Below are positions 33,841 to 45,900 of a stretch of 58,912 bases of DNA, piece by piece. This DNA is from Catajapyx aquilonaris. Its lineage: Eukaryota. The notes under the pieces were generated by a model. The model saw only the letters and a program-made list of their open reading frames with translations, was not told where the DNA came from and made no database searches. Each line of letters opens with the position of its first letter. The first letter of the stretch is position 1. The stretch spans positions 1 to 58,912 of the forward strand of contig KZ538611.1 in assembly GCA_000934665.2 (NCBI GenBank). Direction: 5' to 3'. The translations under genes were made by a program, and so were the position numbers.

Positions 33841-36800
33841 GCATCAGTAGAAAAAACATGAAGTGATTAAAACGTGGCTTTATTAGCATAATTTTAGAAA
33901 ACGTTGTTAGAAATTAATGGGTGGTAAAATGTGTCATTATGTGAAAAATATTCAATTTATTTGTCAATGTAGGCTTTCTTATAATACGACAAGTACGGTA
34001 CTACGCGATTTCGTATTATGAATGGGAAGTAAGCGCAGTAGGCAAGGCAGTAGGTCAAGGAATCTGAAGGACGAGTTCCACATTAAAATTTTCTTATCGT
34101 CCCCGTTTGTCATCGACGCTGCCATTACCTTCGCCCTTAAAATGACGTATGCGTAGTAACTAAAAGATGCGAATGTTTTTATGACTGTTCACCAAAATTA
34201 CGTTCATGATTGCATACATTTAGGTGTTTTTAAAATACTCGGTGGCGGTTTACAATAACACGACTTATTGGTGGTGGTTGCAATTATTGCAACAGTGACC
34301 AATAAGTCGTGTTCGTCTTTCTTGGAAGATTTATTCCGAATAGATTACTCGTATATTACGTACATTGCAAACCAACTTTTCACCGTTAGAAGGGCTCAAA
34401 GTCACCCAAAATACTTATTTACTCTTCCCCCTCACTCATAATAATCACTCCTTGTGATCAAACATCAACTCGCACATCCATGTAGACGGCATTGTGACTA
34501 TGACTACACCCATGTACTGTGGATGCAACAATTTATCTTATATAGTTCATGCATCACTTTCATAATTTAATATCTTAACTAAATATAGACCAATATATTA
34601 CGATTAATTCTGTATTAACAGTAACATGAAAATGACAATTTGAGCTTATTCGAGTGTTAGTTTTCCTTTCAATCATGCATATCTGCACATAATAAAATTA
34701 TTATACTCTACATAAAAATGATAAAAACTTGCACAATTTACAAAATTATTAACATTTGAACCGTCTATTCTCTACCACACAAAAATTAGAATAATATTGT
34801 AACTCTGAAAATTAACCCGGTAGTTTGTAGTGGTCAAGGGCTTCTTTTGTAGGGTCAGAATTATTTTCGAGCAACTTGTATGTCTCTTTTTTTTGCAAAA
34901 TTATTAGAACAGTAAGTTCTCTCGCCTTCTTCGGGCCAAGTTAGTCATCAGGATACACTCGAAATTTCCATCTCTATTAGAGTCATGCTTTCAGTAATCA
35001 TGCTTCAATTTCTTTTAGATAATGTTTAAAATATAAAAAAATAGTTAAACAGTTCTCTGAATTTACCATATAAAAATCAGGTCTGAGTTGTGGAGACGAA
35101 AGCAATGTACACGTAATAATTATCAGACCCTTCTAGATAATACCGTGAAACGTACATAGGCTACGCATGTAAATGACGACCTCTCAAGTGCCAGTTTGTA
35201 AGTATCGTTATGGAATATTGCATATTAAGTATGCGAGTTTTTAAGTAGCCTAACCCGTAGATGACATGAGGGAGGGGAGGGGGTGGCATGTAAAATGAGA
35301 ATACATCCACATGCCCCAGAATGAGTACCTTTGGGCGCTGGAAGGGGTTGAGTGTGTAGGTCCGAAGAAGAAATCCCTGAGTCCAGCTGCAGAATGGGGT
35401 TTTCGCCTCGACTTGGCAGTGAGGTCAGCTTCCGACTCCGACGTCACTTCCGAGGATTCCGCAGGGCGTACCTTGTGCCGGAGTGCATCTGGGTAGAAGC
35501 GCGACGATGTGACACGGTGTCGCAAGGCATCAGGATAGAATCTCCTTTTCTGCTTGCCCCGAGCCCCGGGAGCATCTCTGCCCTCTCCTTCTTCTTCTTC
35601 ACCAGAAGCCTCCACTGTGCTCGGATGGTGCCGCCGAATCTCTGGATAGAAACGCCTTCTTTTCTGCCCACTACCTTCCTCTGACTTGTCTTTTTTGCCA
35701 GACAACAACGAACCCAACATTCTTCTAGGTGACATTCCTTTCTTTTTCTTTTTTTCGTCGACCCCAGCAGCTGTTACCCCTGTTGCTCCTCCTGCCCGTG
35801 CCTCGGAGGTTCCTTCTGCCCCAGGGCCGACCATTGCCATTACTACGTCATTCTCCTGCGCTTCAATAAGACTCCGACGGGGACTCTTCTCTCGGCTCCT
35901 CTCCGGGAGAAGCATGGGGCTGAGATTTAGACTCATGGTCATACTGACCTGAGGACCTTCCGACTCTAATTTCTCAGTATGACTAGTTTCACGCTCCGCA
36001 TGCGCTTCTTGTATCACAGGTGGAGGAGGTAGGCTCAGCTCCTCGATGCATTCTACCACTTCCATCTCATCATTTTCGGGAGAATCTGGACATCCGGCAG
36101 ATGCTGCCCTCGGATCCGGAGTTGGCGACCTCCTCTCGACGGCAGGGATGACATTGATCATTGCCACTGATGGTACTCTTTCTCTAGGTCGCTCTGGTGC
36201 CTCCGCCTCCTCTTCTGCCTTCACAGGCAATGATTCTTCGTTATCCGGGGTAGACATGGTGATTCCAGGGACTTTGGATACCCAGGACCGTGGATCGACC
36301 CGAATTGGTTCCCTGGAAGAGGTCGGGTCTGGGGTTCGAGCTCTTCTGGTCCGAGGGGAGGGCTTAGTATTGGTTTTGTCAGTAATCCAATCTCTCGGAT
36401 CAAAATAGATTGCCTTCTTCTTGACAACTTGGTCCGGGCTAGACGTAGGTCGTTCCTGGCTGGTTAACCACTCCTTGGGATCAAAGTTGTCAGGCAGTTT
36501 GTCGCAAGGGTCTGGAGTTCGACACCTGCGACGATGAGGGGCACGGCTTTTATGACCTGATGGTTCTTCTTCGGCAGGAGGGATATTTTCGTCACCCGGA
36601 ACCTCCGGGCTTGGGGTTATTGGGGGCTCTGGAGAGTAGTCGTCACCAACAGGTACCGTCACTCCCTCTGACGGGTGGGTAACGTCGTAGTGTGAGGGAA
36701 GAGGGGCCCGAGACCGAGCTTCCGGAGACACGCTGACGCGGTGTCGCGGAGCGTCCGGGTAGAATCGTCGAGTAGGGGACACAGAAGAGGACTGTTGCCG

Positions 36801-37373
36801 TACTACCTTGCGTGTCACGCCTACTACAGAGGGGTCAGGGCTTTCGTCGCGGCCGGTGTCGGCTCCTCCTTCCCGCCCGATAGGAATGAACAGTGGGACG
36901 TTTCCTCGGGTTGTCCCGGGGTCGAGATCAGGAATTACTAAAGGGGCGTTTCTACGGAGGATACCTGGTTCGATATCAGGTATAACAAGAGGGGCGTTAC
37001 AACGGAGGGCTCCCGGATCGACGTCGACGTCCCAGCTTCGTGATCGTCGTGGCCTTTTCCCGGATCCGTGTCTTCGGCTACCGTATAATTCTTCTAGTTC
37101 CGGGGTGAAATGCCTTCGTCTTCGGATGCCTTGGAGAGACCTTTCCACTTCCTCCGGGTCAACTCCAGTGTATCCAGCGGCACCTCGGTCGTCGTCGTCG
37201 GCAATCTCGTGTCGTGGGGCGTCGGGGTAGAAGCGTTTTTGCCTGCTAGGAGGCCTCGAGTCCGGGTGTGGGTATTGTTGGCAGGCACAGCGAACGTCTT
37301 GGGAAGGGGTAGGGGAAGGGGTCGAAGGAGGGGGAAGGAGAGGGGGGGACGCCTCCTTTTCGCTCGCCTCCAC
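22505..37373 (-). CDS. Giant uncharacterised low-complexity Pro/Glu/Arg-rich protein with a C-terminal transmembrane helix (at least 2271 aa; 5' end unresolved)
   Basis: Exons 37373-35329, 31873-31666, 31542-31184, 30965-30571, 28992-28756, 28039-27870, 26126-23442 and 23221-22505 join through GT-AG introns with matching phases into one 6816-nt frame. It ends LQLALCVALLLLACLLLLAGPVHVHSHHWDMYYPK; minus-strand AATAAA at 22338-22333. Confidence 0.85.
26649..26743. repeat. Two abutting short hairpins
   Basis: gaaaggatttttagcta/tagttaaaaatcctttc and ttccatattaactttcatatgc..atgattgta/tacaatcattgcatatgaaggttaatctggaa. Confidence 0.7.
26812..27644. mobile_element. Mariner-derived foldback element: the 5' end with transposase N-terminus is present on both arms
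   Basis: Near-identical inverted arms of about 330 bp (26812-27138 and 27318-27644) flanked by TA. Frameshifted mariner HTH peptide QRWTTWFLRTEGVAATDIHRRLASVCGELAPCRKTVFNW...STGRPCTARTPAKVKRINDLIMQDRRVTFREL. Confidence 0.92.
28100..28609. mobile_element. piggyBac-type MITE with a nested Tc1-type MITE at 28253-28415
   Basis: TTAA-CCCTTTCATTCC...GGAATGAAAGGG-TTAA; inner element TA-CTGGGTGTTCCA...TGGGACACCCTG-TA. Confidence 0.8.
29516..29586 (-). other. tRNA-like element (pseudo-tRNA or SINE head)
   Basis: Minus strand reads GTCTCTG TAGTTTAGCGGCAGAAC...CTGGGTTCGAATCCCAG CAGAGAC: perfect acceptor and T stems, A and B boxes, but a poorly pairing anticodon arm. Confidence 0.6.
29833..30080 (+). 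mobile_element. Possible DINE-1/Helentron-associated non-autonomous element (boundaries approximate)
   Basis: ctgtccgtccgtccgtccgtctgt, a (GTCY)n tract shortly after a T-run, as in DINE-like elements. Confidence 0.4.
33774..33838. repeat. (CT)n microsatellite
   Basis: Direct reading. Confidence 0.95.
34257..34313. repeat. 57-nt hairpin in an intron
   Basis: aacacgacttattggt..gttgcaat / attgcaac..accaataagtcgtgtt. Confidence 0.75.
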
Positions 37374-40300
37374 CTACACAGCAAATACAGTACCAAGTCA
37401 TGCATGCCGTTCTGGATCCGAGCATGTGCCAACTGCACTAACTTCGTTCTTCCTTTCCATATTTTTTCTTTGTTTACGCCGGTTCTGAATATAATTCTTT
37501 GATAATAATATGCAGGCATCTGTCGCTCGAGGTAAAGAACAATATTTGTTTTCCAAAATTACGATAACATGTGGCTCATGCTTTCAAAATTGAAGAACAG
37601 ATTTAGAGTTAACCAAATTTACGCAAGCGCTTGCATCAGAGTGCCAACCTGCACACGTAATATTCCACACAATACGTATAGCATATCGGTATAATCTAAA
37701 CTGGAAATTAGTGCGCATACCAGTTCAAAACACTAGTATGCTTTGCCAAAACTAACTGGGGCAAGCGGGGCAAGTTTGTAGCCCTCCCACATAAAAACTA
37801 ACACCAAAATGTCCCCTTAACCTACCAGCGAATGATGTTAAATAAAATTAAGGAAGCACAGTTCATAAATAATTAAGCTTAGAACACAATATTGTGCTTC
37901 ACAGAATACCTCTACTGCACATGTACTGAACTTGCTCTGCATGTTACTAATGCATGCCCCTTAGCATTTTTGCAAATGTAATTTCTGTACCTGCTTCAAC
38001 TACTATAGAGCTACTGACTCGCATTTTTGGATCACTGATGCACTATTGTTCTCTTCTAAAAATTTGTGAACAAACAAATGAGAAAGGAATAACGAAGGAA
38101 GACAATCTGGCACAACTCACAAACGTGTGGGTGACAAGAGTAATAAAAATGAAGAGTAAAACCTCCAGGATTCAGGAGAGGGGCTATCGATACGACGACG
38201 AGAAGAGTCGCCGACGAGGACGGCGCCGACGAGTTGAAAGCACTGAGTCTGCTTGAGTTTCCGAGGCTGGACTGTGTCCCAAGGTCCAACTGAGAAGAAG
38301 AGGACAGAGAGATGGAAAAAGTAGGAGGAGGAGGAGGAGGAAAAGGAGGGGAAGGAGGAGGAATATGGCTGCTTTCCCTTGGCCAGAGTCCATCCATCCA
38401 TCCCCACACAGTAGCTTGGCCTCTCTGTCTATTTCCGAGCATCCCTCTATTTTAGCCCTCACCTCCACAACCCATTTCAAAGACACGTACTATAATCTAC
38501 TCTCATTATGTTTATTATATTTATAATTTTATTTATGGTTATGATTGTGATTGTTTTAATATAATTATAATAGGGTTATTTTCACGGAAAAATGCAGGTG
38601 GATTCAAGTTGTGAGTTGCTTCATGTGATATGCAGTAATGTGATCTCAGGTCAGGTTGCATGCTTAAGCTCTTGCTTGTCACGGGCAATATACCTGTGCA
38701 TAGTCGTGTGTAAATCCTTTGGTCCTCTGTGTACATTTAAGGCATTTCTATTTTTAAAATACTTGTAAAAAACCATTTGATACCGTGCCACAATTCTTGA
38801 ATTTTCATACCGGAAACGGATTTTCACTTTATTAATGCGTGAGTTTTGCTCCCAAACGTGAATTCTAGGGGATGCACCAATTAAAACATATGTGTACATC
38901 ATTCACATTTCAATCATACTGGTATGAAGTATGAAAGGGAAATTCATCCTGTAGGTTGCTATTTATTTCCATTTTTACCCATCTAAAGTGACATTCGCCA
39001 TTCGTAAAAATGGCACTCATTTCATAAATTCGTGTTTAAAACGCTGCGCTGGGATGCTTTGACTTGTACAATGTATTGTAAATCTCATTCATCTTGTTTG
39101 AACAAGCAAATAATTAATACTTGTAATGATGGTTGTAATCCTCTGCAGTTTCATTTCCAGCTATATACGTGTAGTAAAAAATACAAAATGCCTGCCCGAG
39201 TGTCTTCTGGAGTGTTCTGGTGATGGTATTGCATCAAAGCGACTCTTCAAAGAAGATTCTTCCCCAGACACAAGTCATGATATATCCTTCATTTGAAAAT
39301 AATACATTCTGTAAAGTTTCCAAAAAGTGTATACAGGAAGTGCGTTAATTTTGCGTTTCTAATTCCATGTACGAGTATGTTTGCCTAAAGAGACATAAGA
39401 ATATGCCCATTTACTTTTATGTAGTCAACAACAGGTTGGGTCCAGCACATATGAAAAGGAAGGATATCGGATGTTTCGTTGTTTAATAATTCAGTACGGT
39501 GTAAGTGATAACTGCACATTGAGAGAGCAATAAGAGCTGATCCCTCCTGTGGTGGCTCTGTGATAACTGAAGAGTGAAAAGATATTGACTCACGTAATTA
39601 TTCAGTCAGTACAGAAAATTACACCAAATAAGCATAACTTATCTAATTCTCGAGTAATGAATGGTTACAAATTTTTTATGCCAGATATACGCGTACTTCG
39701 TGCTACAAATACTACTTTAAACGATTTCTAATATAATAAATTAAACTCATGCAGTGGACGTACAATAAATTTATCGCGATATGCTGGATACTCGTTAAAT
39801 ATATCTATGTAGATTCTACGAGTACAATAATGACATGGATCAATATTCTTAATTTCTGAAATCTGATATACCAGTACTGTACGTAAAGGTCAACTAGGAA
39901 CTGAACGAGGTTTCAGATAGAATGTTGTCCAGTTCATATAGGTAACCTATGTCAGATAAGGCATGTAACCTGAGAAAACTGGGAAACTGCTGAGATTTGA
40001 ACAATGAAATAAAACTCATTTAGCTCAGAGAGTTTGGTAACATATGCACAAACTACAACCTCGTTCCACATATTTATGACATTCTATATATTGCGCTGAA
40101 TACAACAGCATTTCCTGAGTTATTCGTGTATGAACTTCCTGCGAGACATGCAAGAAAATAATTTATGTACAGTACTACTTGTAGAAAAAATATTATTAGG
40201 ACAAATAATTAGTGGATCTCATAATAATTGTTTTGACTAGGTGTGGCGAAACAACACAATGAGTCCTTCGTATACATTTCTATTGAAGCTTGATGGCATG

Positions 40301-40453
40301 AATTAACAAGTCTCAAATCGCAATGGAGTCATTCATCCACGAATTTGAATACAAGATTAGTACACAACATTTTGACCAGAAAAATCAGGCTTGCCTAGAA
40401 TGTTTTTAGGGTGTATTTCATGGATAAGAATATAACAATCTTATGGAACTCAC

Positions 40454-41362
40454 TTCATGACGGCAGCTTCATCATAAGGTTCTTTGTCCCAGTGTGTCCA
40501 AGGGTATCCTCCTTTTATTCTTTGACGACGAATATCTTCAAACATATATGTTTCTGGAGGTATTGGAGGACGAAATCTTCCTTCTGAAGAAAAAAATATC
40601 ATCATGAAAAAATTGATATGAAATTAATGAGATGTATAGAAACAGATTTGGTCACATATGACACATAAGTTACATATTACTTGTTGCTGTTGTTTCTAGC
40701 AATTTACTTTTGGTAAATACTCGGTAAACAAACCACGACGTAAGCAATACCCTTCATGACACGTAATCAGCAAAACATCATCACCGAATGCGGCACTTTT
40801 GTAGTTTATAGTTATTTAAAAAGACTTGATTACAGGGACAAGCGTTCATAAAACTTGATTGTTCCAGAAGGCGGTCAGAATGTACTGCGTAAGAGCATAG
40901 CAATAACTTCTCTCTTTTTTTTGCAGATTAGGAGGACGTTACCATCGGCATCAAGGCAAGTGTTGACCGCATTTTACCTCATTGGACACATGCCAGCCCA
41001 GGAGGAACCAAGTATTTCCGTCTCAAGGAGAGACTCTAGACCCTCATAGGGGAAAAAATAGGACACGTGTGTATACATAGCACACAGCACAAGTCAGGGC
41101 GTTACGAGGGAAGGGGTGGGTTGATAGGTGTGAGGGGGTGAAGCACAGCTGGATCTCGAATAAAAGAGGTTAGCTTCAACGAACTTTTTTTCAAAAAGTT
41201 CCAGTTAGTGACTAAATAATTTTACTCACTTGACGGCGAGTTGGGTCTGCTTCCAGACCAATCACCGTCTGGTCCCGGTGACCCCGCCGCAGACCTGGAC
41301 CCTTCCGCACCTGACGTTGTCGGTGAAGGGCAGGGGGGTTGATCAGAAGGGAGGTCCGCCAT
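40454..41362 (-). CDS. Two coding exons, probable N-terminus of the giant protein or of a small separate gene
   Basis: Exon 41362-41230 (MADLPSDQPPCPSPTT...RPNSPS, donor gtgagt, phase 1) joins exon 40583-40454 (acceptor ttttcttcag; K-GRFRPPIPPETYMFEDIRRQRIKGGYPWTHWDKEPYDEAAVM; donor gtgagt). Both are missed by the ORF track. Confidence 0.65.
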
Positions 41363-42919
41363 TACTGGTCACTACTCGACAAGGAAGCTCCAACAGGCAG
41401 GCCAAGCTCGCAGGGGCACACACGTCTGGCTGCTGGACTGGCTGCCCCACACACTCGCTGCCACTCCACTACCTACAACTACCTAAGCACTGGTGCTTTG
41501 CCAACCTACTCAGACCTGAACACCATTGCGGTAGACTCCTCTGCTAGGCTATCAAACATTATGCCTGATCCAACATGTGCCGCCGCCAATTACGAATTTA
41601 GAATCACCTGCCACTTGGCTGCTGCCCGCTGCACGCATACTGGAGTCTGCATGCATAACTTGAGCTCTTTGTATTCGACACCTTGCAAGGTGTGACGTTA
41701 TAACATATTCAGAAGACTTCGCTCATGCTCCGTGTACAGGAAGGATTCATCAGCAGATGAGCCAAATTCTTGTTTAGTTTCACAACTCATCCAAGGACAC
41801 GGTAACCATGTGTCATGTAGCCTATGACATTAGGTTCTGCACATTTTATAACGCCCTGTAGCCAGAATAAGACACATTTAGGACATTAATGCGTGTGTAA
41901 GAAAATATACAGTGTCGTGCCAATCTGCTCCGTTTCGCTATTGCATTCTAATAATAAGACGCCTACGGCGTACTGTACCAGTTGATATACTGTATAGCTA
42001 GCAAGTACTGAAATGTACAGGCCTATATGCGAGCTAATAGGTTATTACATTTTGGCTGATCCGATATTATAAGTCGGCGTCTTGTCACCGACATCTTCTT
42101 AGTATGTGTAGCATGTTTTCAAAGTTTAACGGTTTTAAAACAAAACACCGCTCTCAAGGATAACTTAACAACGTCAGTGAAGATAAAAATACAGTGTGAT
42201 TGTTACTAGTGGGCCATCTGAACGGCAACGTACACGTTGGACCCCCCCCCCCCCCACCCAAAGTCTAAGTTAGTCCAAGTCAACAAGTCAGGAAATGAAA
42301 TCGTGGAGGGACCAGCCGGTAACGAGGTAGACTTGTTTGCCTTCCCATAGACACACGTGATAACACATACTGCAGCCAAATACAGGCAGGAACAACTTAG
42401 GGCCGATAGTACGAAAGAAAATTAGTACAAGTCTCCGATTGTGTCTAGGCATTCACAATACATAGTCCGACATAATCGGAGATCTCCTTTTGAATTGATG
42501 CAACAGGCCAAATACAGCCCGTTCCCATGTATGATACTCGTAGTGGTTGCCTAGGCAGTAGGATATGTGCGTGGTACTGTACTGTTTCCTGTGTATGAGG
42601 CGACCTCACGGCCCCCTGTTTAGACCGGCCATTCTGTATAGAGAAAAAATAAATTGCACTAAATAAAATCCTAACACAAAAAGTACTCCAAGTAAAAAAA
42701 TGCAAATACCTTGTACAGTAGGGTCAGTAGGCCTACTTTAGCATACATTACATAATTCCTGATTCTGGTGGGTTGAACTTTTATTACTCTTTTTAGGAGT
42801 ATTATTGGAAATTATTCCATTACTTACAATGCACTGGTGTTACAAGCCCGGGATACCAATGGCTACCTACATGCAGAGCCTACGGAGTCTTGCTTAATGT
42901 TACTTCGCCTGTTACTCAT

Positions 42920-45900
42920 TTATCCTGGCATAGTATGCATGTGATGATTCATTGCTCTCTTTAACAGTGAAGCTCCAGACTCCGGTGCTTCCTCCTGTCC
43001 ACCTTCTTCCACTTCTTGTTCTTCGTCAGACGATGATTCTCCTCCACCTCCTTGAATATAAGAATGGTATGAGTTTTACAACCTGAGCTAATTATTATCA
43101 TGACCATACTAAGCCCGGAAAGTAGTTAGGGCCAGTATAGGTATACAGTGTAACCTGCTGCAACAGGACCTGGATTTATCGGCTATGTTCGTTACGATAC
43201 TTTTGTTAAGTTGTTTTTGTCACATAGGCCTACTACAAATCTGTTCAGTTATGAACTTTTTTGCGAAAAGGAGCGGCTGCATCATAATTATACAGATTTT
43301 ACTGGAAATTAGATGAAATAATCCGGGTAAATTATTCCGGGTACAGAAGCGGTATATACTGTATAATTATTATTATACTGTATTATAATCACGATTTTTG
43401 AAATGCCGTATACCGGGTGGTCACGAATTCGTCTGCCAAAATATGGGTGGTAGGGGGTACGTATCGCGTATCGAAGAAGCATGGCATGGGTCCGAAAGGT
43501 CGGCGACGATCCATCTGGAGATGTCGACCTTTGACATCGACCATGTTCATCCTGACAAGTATGGAACCCCCGTACATGCCTGAATTGCTGGTTGCCGGTT
43601 CCAGGCTCTCGCACTCCTACACCATTGCCTGACCCCGGCAACCAGCGACACAGGAATGCAAGGGGGTATCCATACTTGTCAGGATGGACAAGTCGCCGTC
43701 AACGTCGTCATCGGCCTTTCGGGTTCATACCATGCTTCTTCAGGGTTCACTCGCTACCACCGCGCAGACGAATTCTTGACCACCCTGTATACACTGCATT
43801 GCCGTCATAACAGGAAGTTGTTGGAAGCAAGGAGTAATTTACACCAGCTCTAATACGCTCTCAGAAATCCGATTCCCGTATATGTAGCTTGGTGAACTGC
43901 CAATTCAAAAATGGGTTAGAGGGAAGAGTTATGGCTAGTTCATTGCAACAACCAGTTTAAAGTGAAACAACCAGTTGGACACAATGGCAATAAGGGCCAA
44001 ATTCAGTTCTTTCCGTGATTGTTGATTACAATTAGCTGTGAACAAAAAAGCACGCTTCAGATTGCTGACCTGTGAGAATCGCGCTGTTGCTGTCGTAGTG
44101 TCCGGAGTCCATTCTGGGGCAGTCCCTTGGTGGAAGCTTCAGAGGTATCTTGACCTGAACCGTGGGCAGGTCCTCCCAGTCGCCAGGGTACCGGACACCG
44201 TCGCTTTTATTGCACTGCATCGAGAGAGGCGACTTGTCGTAGAGGTCAGCCAGTACTTGCACCCTAAGAGGAGTCCACTCCGACACAGCTCCGTAGTTGC
44301 CTGACACAGGTCCTCCATCCACTGTGGGCTGCGCGTCCCATTCTCGTAGGAACCTAAAGTAGGCTTCCAAAGCGGACCAACTGATGGACGACTTGCACAC
44401 CTCCAGGTCCAGTCGAGGATAATAATGAACGTAGTTGACGCACATCTCGTCGCTAATGGCAAACCCACCTAAGGTTACGTTGCGGCGGTCCATTGTCCCG
44501 TACCAGCAAGTCGTAATCAAGCCGTCTCCCTGCCAGTTCACAAATCCATATGCATACGAAATTAACCCTGGAACCATGACGTGGGGTCTTTTAGGACCCC
44601 ATCCATATTTTTATTTTTATGAATTTTTATATCATACTTTCAATGTAACTTACTGACTATACGGAGAGGGGCAAAAGTCATGGGCGGATTAAAACGACGT
44701 AGCATGGCGTAAGTAACGAACAATCAGTTATATATTTTTTTAAATACACTACACAGAGAAAGCTATGCCATTTATGTATCAAGGTCCAAAAAAGTCACTT
44801 CTTGAAAACAACACTGGATAGATGTCCACCTTTGCGGGCAACACATTATTCCTCCAAGCGGCGGCGGACGAAACCCTTCATAACGCATTCCAGCATGTCC
44901 AGCAGGGAAATGTTTCTCACGGCGTGTCTTATCTGATCCTTAAGATCAGCCAATGACTGAGGACGTGTGGCGAACACCAAACTCTTCAGGTACCCCCCAA
45001 TAAGAAGTCGGGGGTGGTCAAATCCAGCGACCGCGACGGTCAAGGAATGTCCCCAAATCTCGAAATGACCCTCCCAGGAAACACTTGACTTTTAATTTGT
45101 TCGGTGTTCGCCCCACGTCCTCAGTCATTGGCTGATCTTATGGATCAGATAAGACACGCCGTGAAAAACATTCCCCTGGACATGTCAGGGTCCCCTACAT
45201 GGTTGCCTCCCCCACCCTAGCCAGGGTATTGTCTTCACGTAGTCCTTATGGGGGCGGCCATATTGGACCTAGATTGCATGCTGCAGGATAGGAAATTGGC
45301 AAGCGATTCTTTTTTGTTTTTTTCAATTCTTTTTTTTTTCACTGCATGTAGCCTAGATCCTATGTGATTTAGGTCCAATATGGCGGAGAGACAATACCCC
45401 CTCTAGGTGGGGGAGGCACTCATGGAGGTGACCCTGGGACATGCTGGAGCGCGTTATGAAGGGTTTCGTCCGGCATTTGGAGGAACATGTGTTGCCCGCA
45501 AAGGTGGACGTCTATCCGGTGTTGTTTTCAAGAAGTGACTTTTTTGGACCTTGATCCATAAATGGCATGTCTTTCTCTATGTAGTGTAATTTAAATATAC
45601 ATGGTGTATCTGAACTCAGGTCCCCGACGTATATGACTGCCTTCCTAGCCACCAGAGGATCGATTTAAGTATAGGAGTCATTATGTCTGGCCGCCGCATT
45701 ACTGAGATAATTGGCCGCAAACATGTAGTACAAATGTGACCGAATTTTATCGCGCCCAAAACGTGCCCCACTTAACGGATGCTATTTTGTATCTCACTGT
45801 ACATGTGTCATTCCAACCTGGATTCCCACGTGCCGCATACCCATCTCGCATTGGGGCACTCCCTATATAACCAGCTGCCAACCAACACTCGAGGCTTAGT

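Noticed and set aside
39190..39310. Possible bridging exon LVSGEESSLKSRFDAIPSPEHSRRHSG
   Set aside because: An in-frame TGA follows the only good acceptor and there is no convincing GT donor.
43309..43853. Several short ORFs on both strands
   Set aside because: By-products of a GC-rich palindromic MITE.
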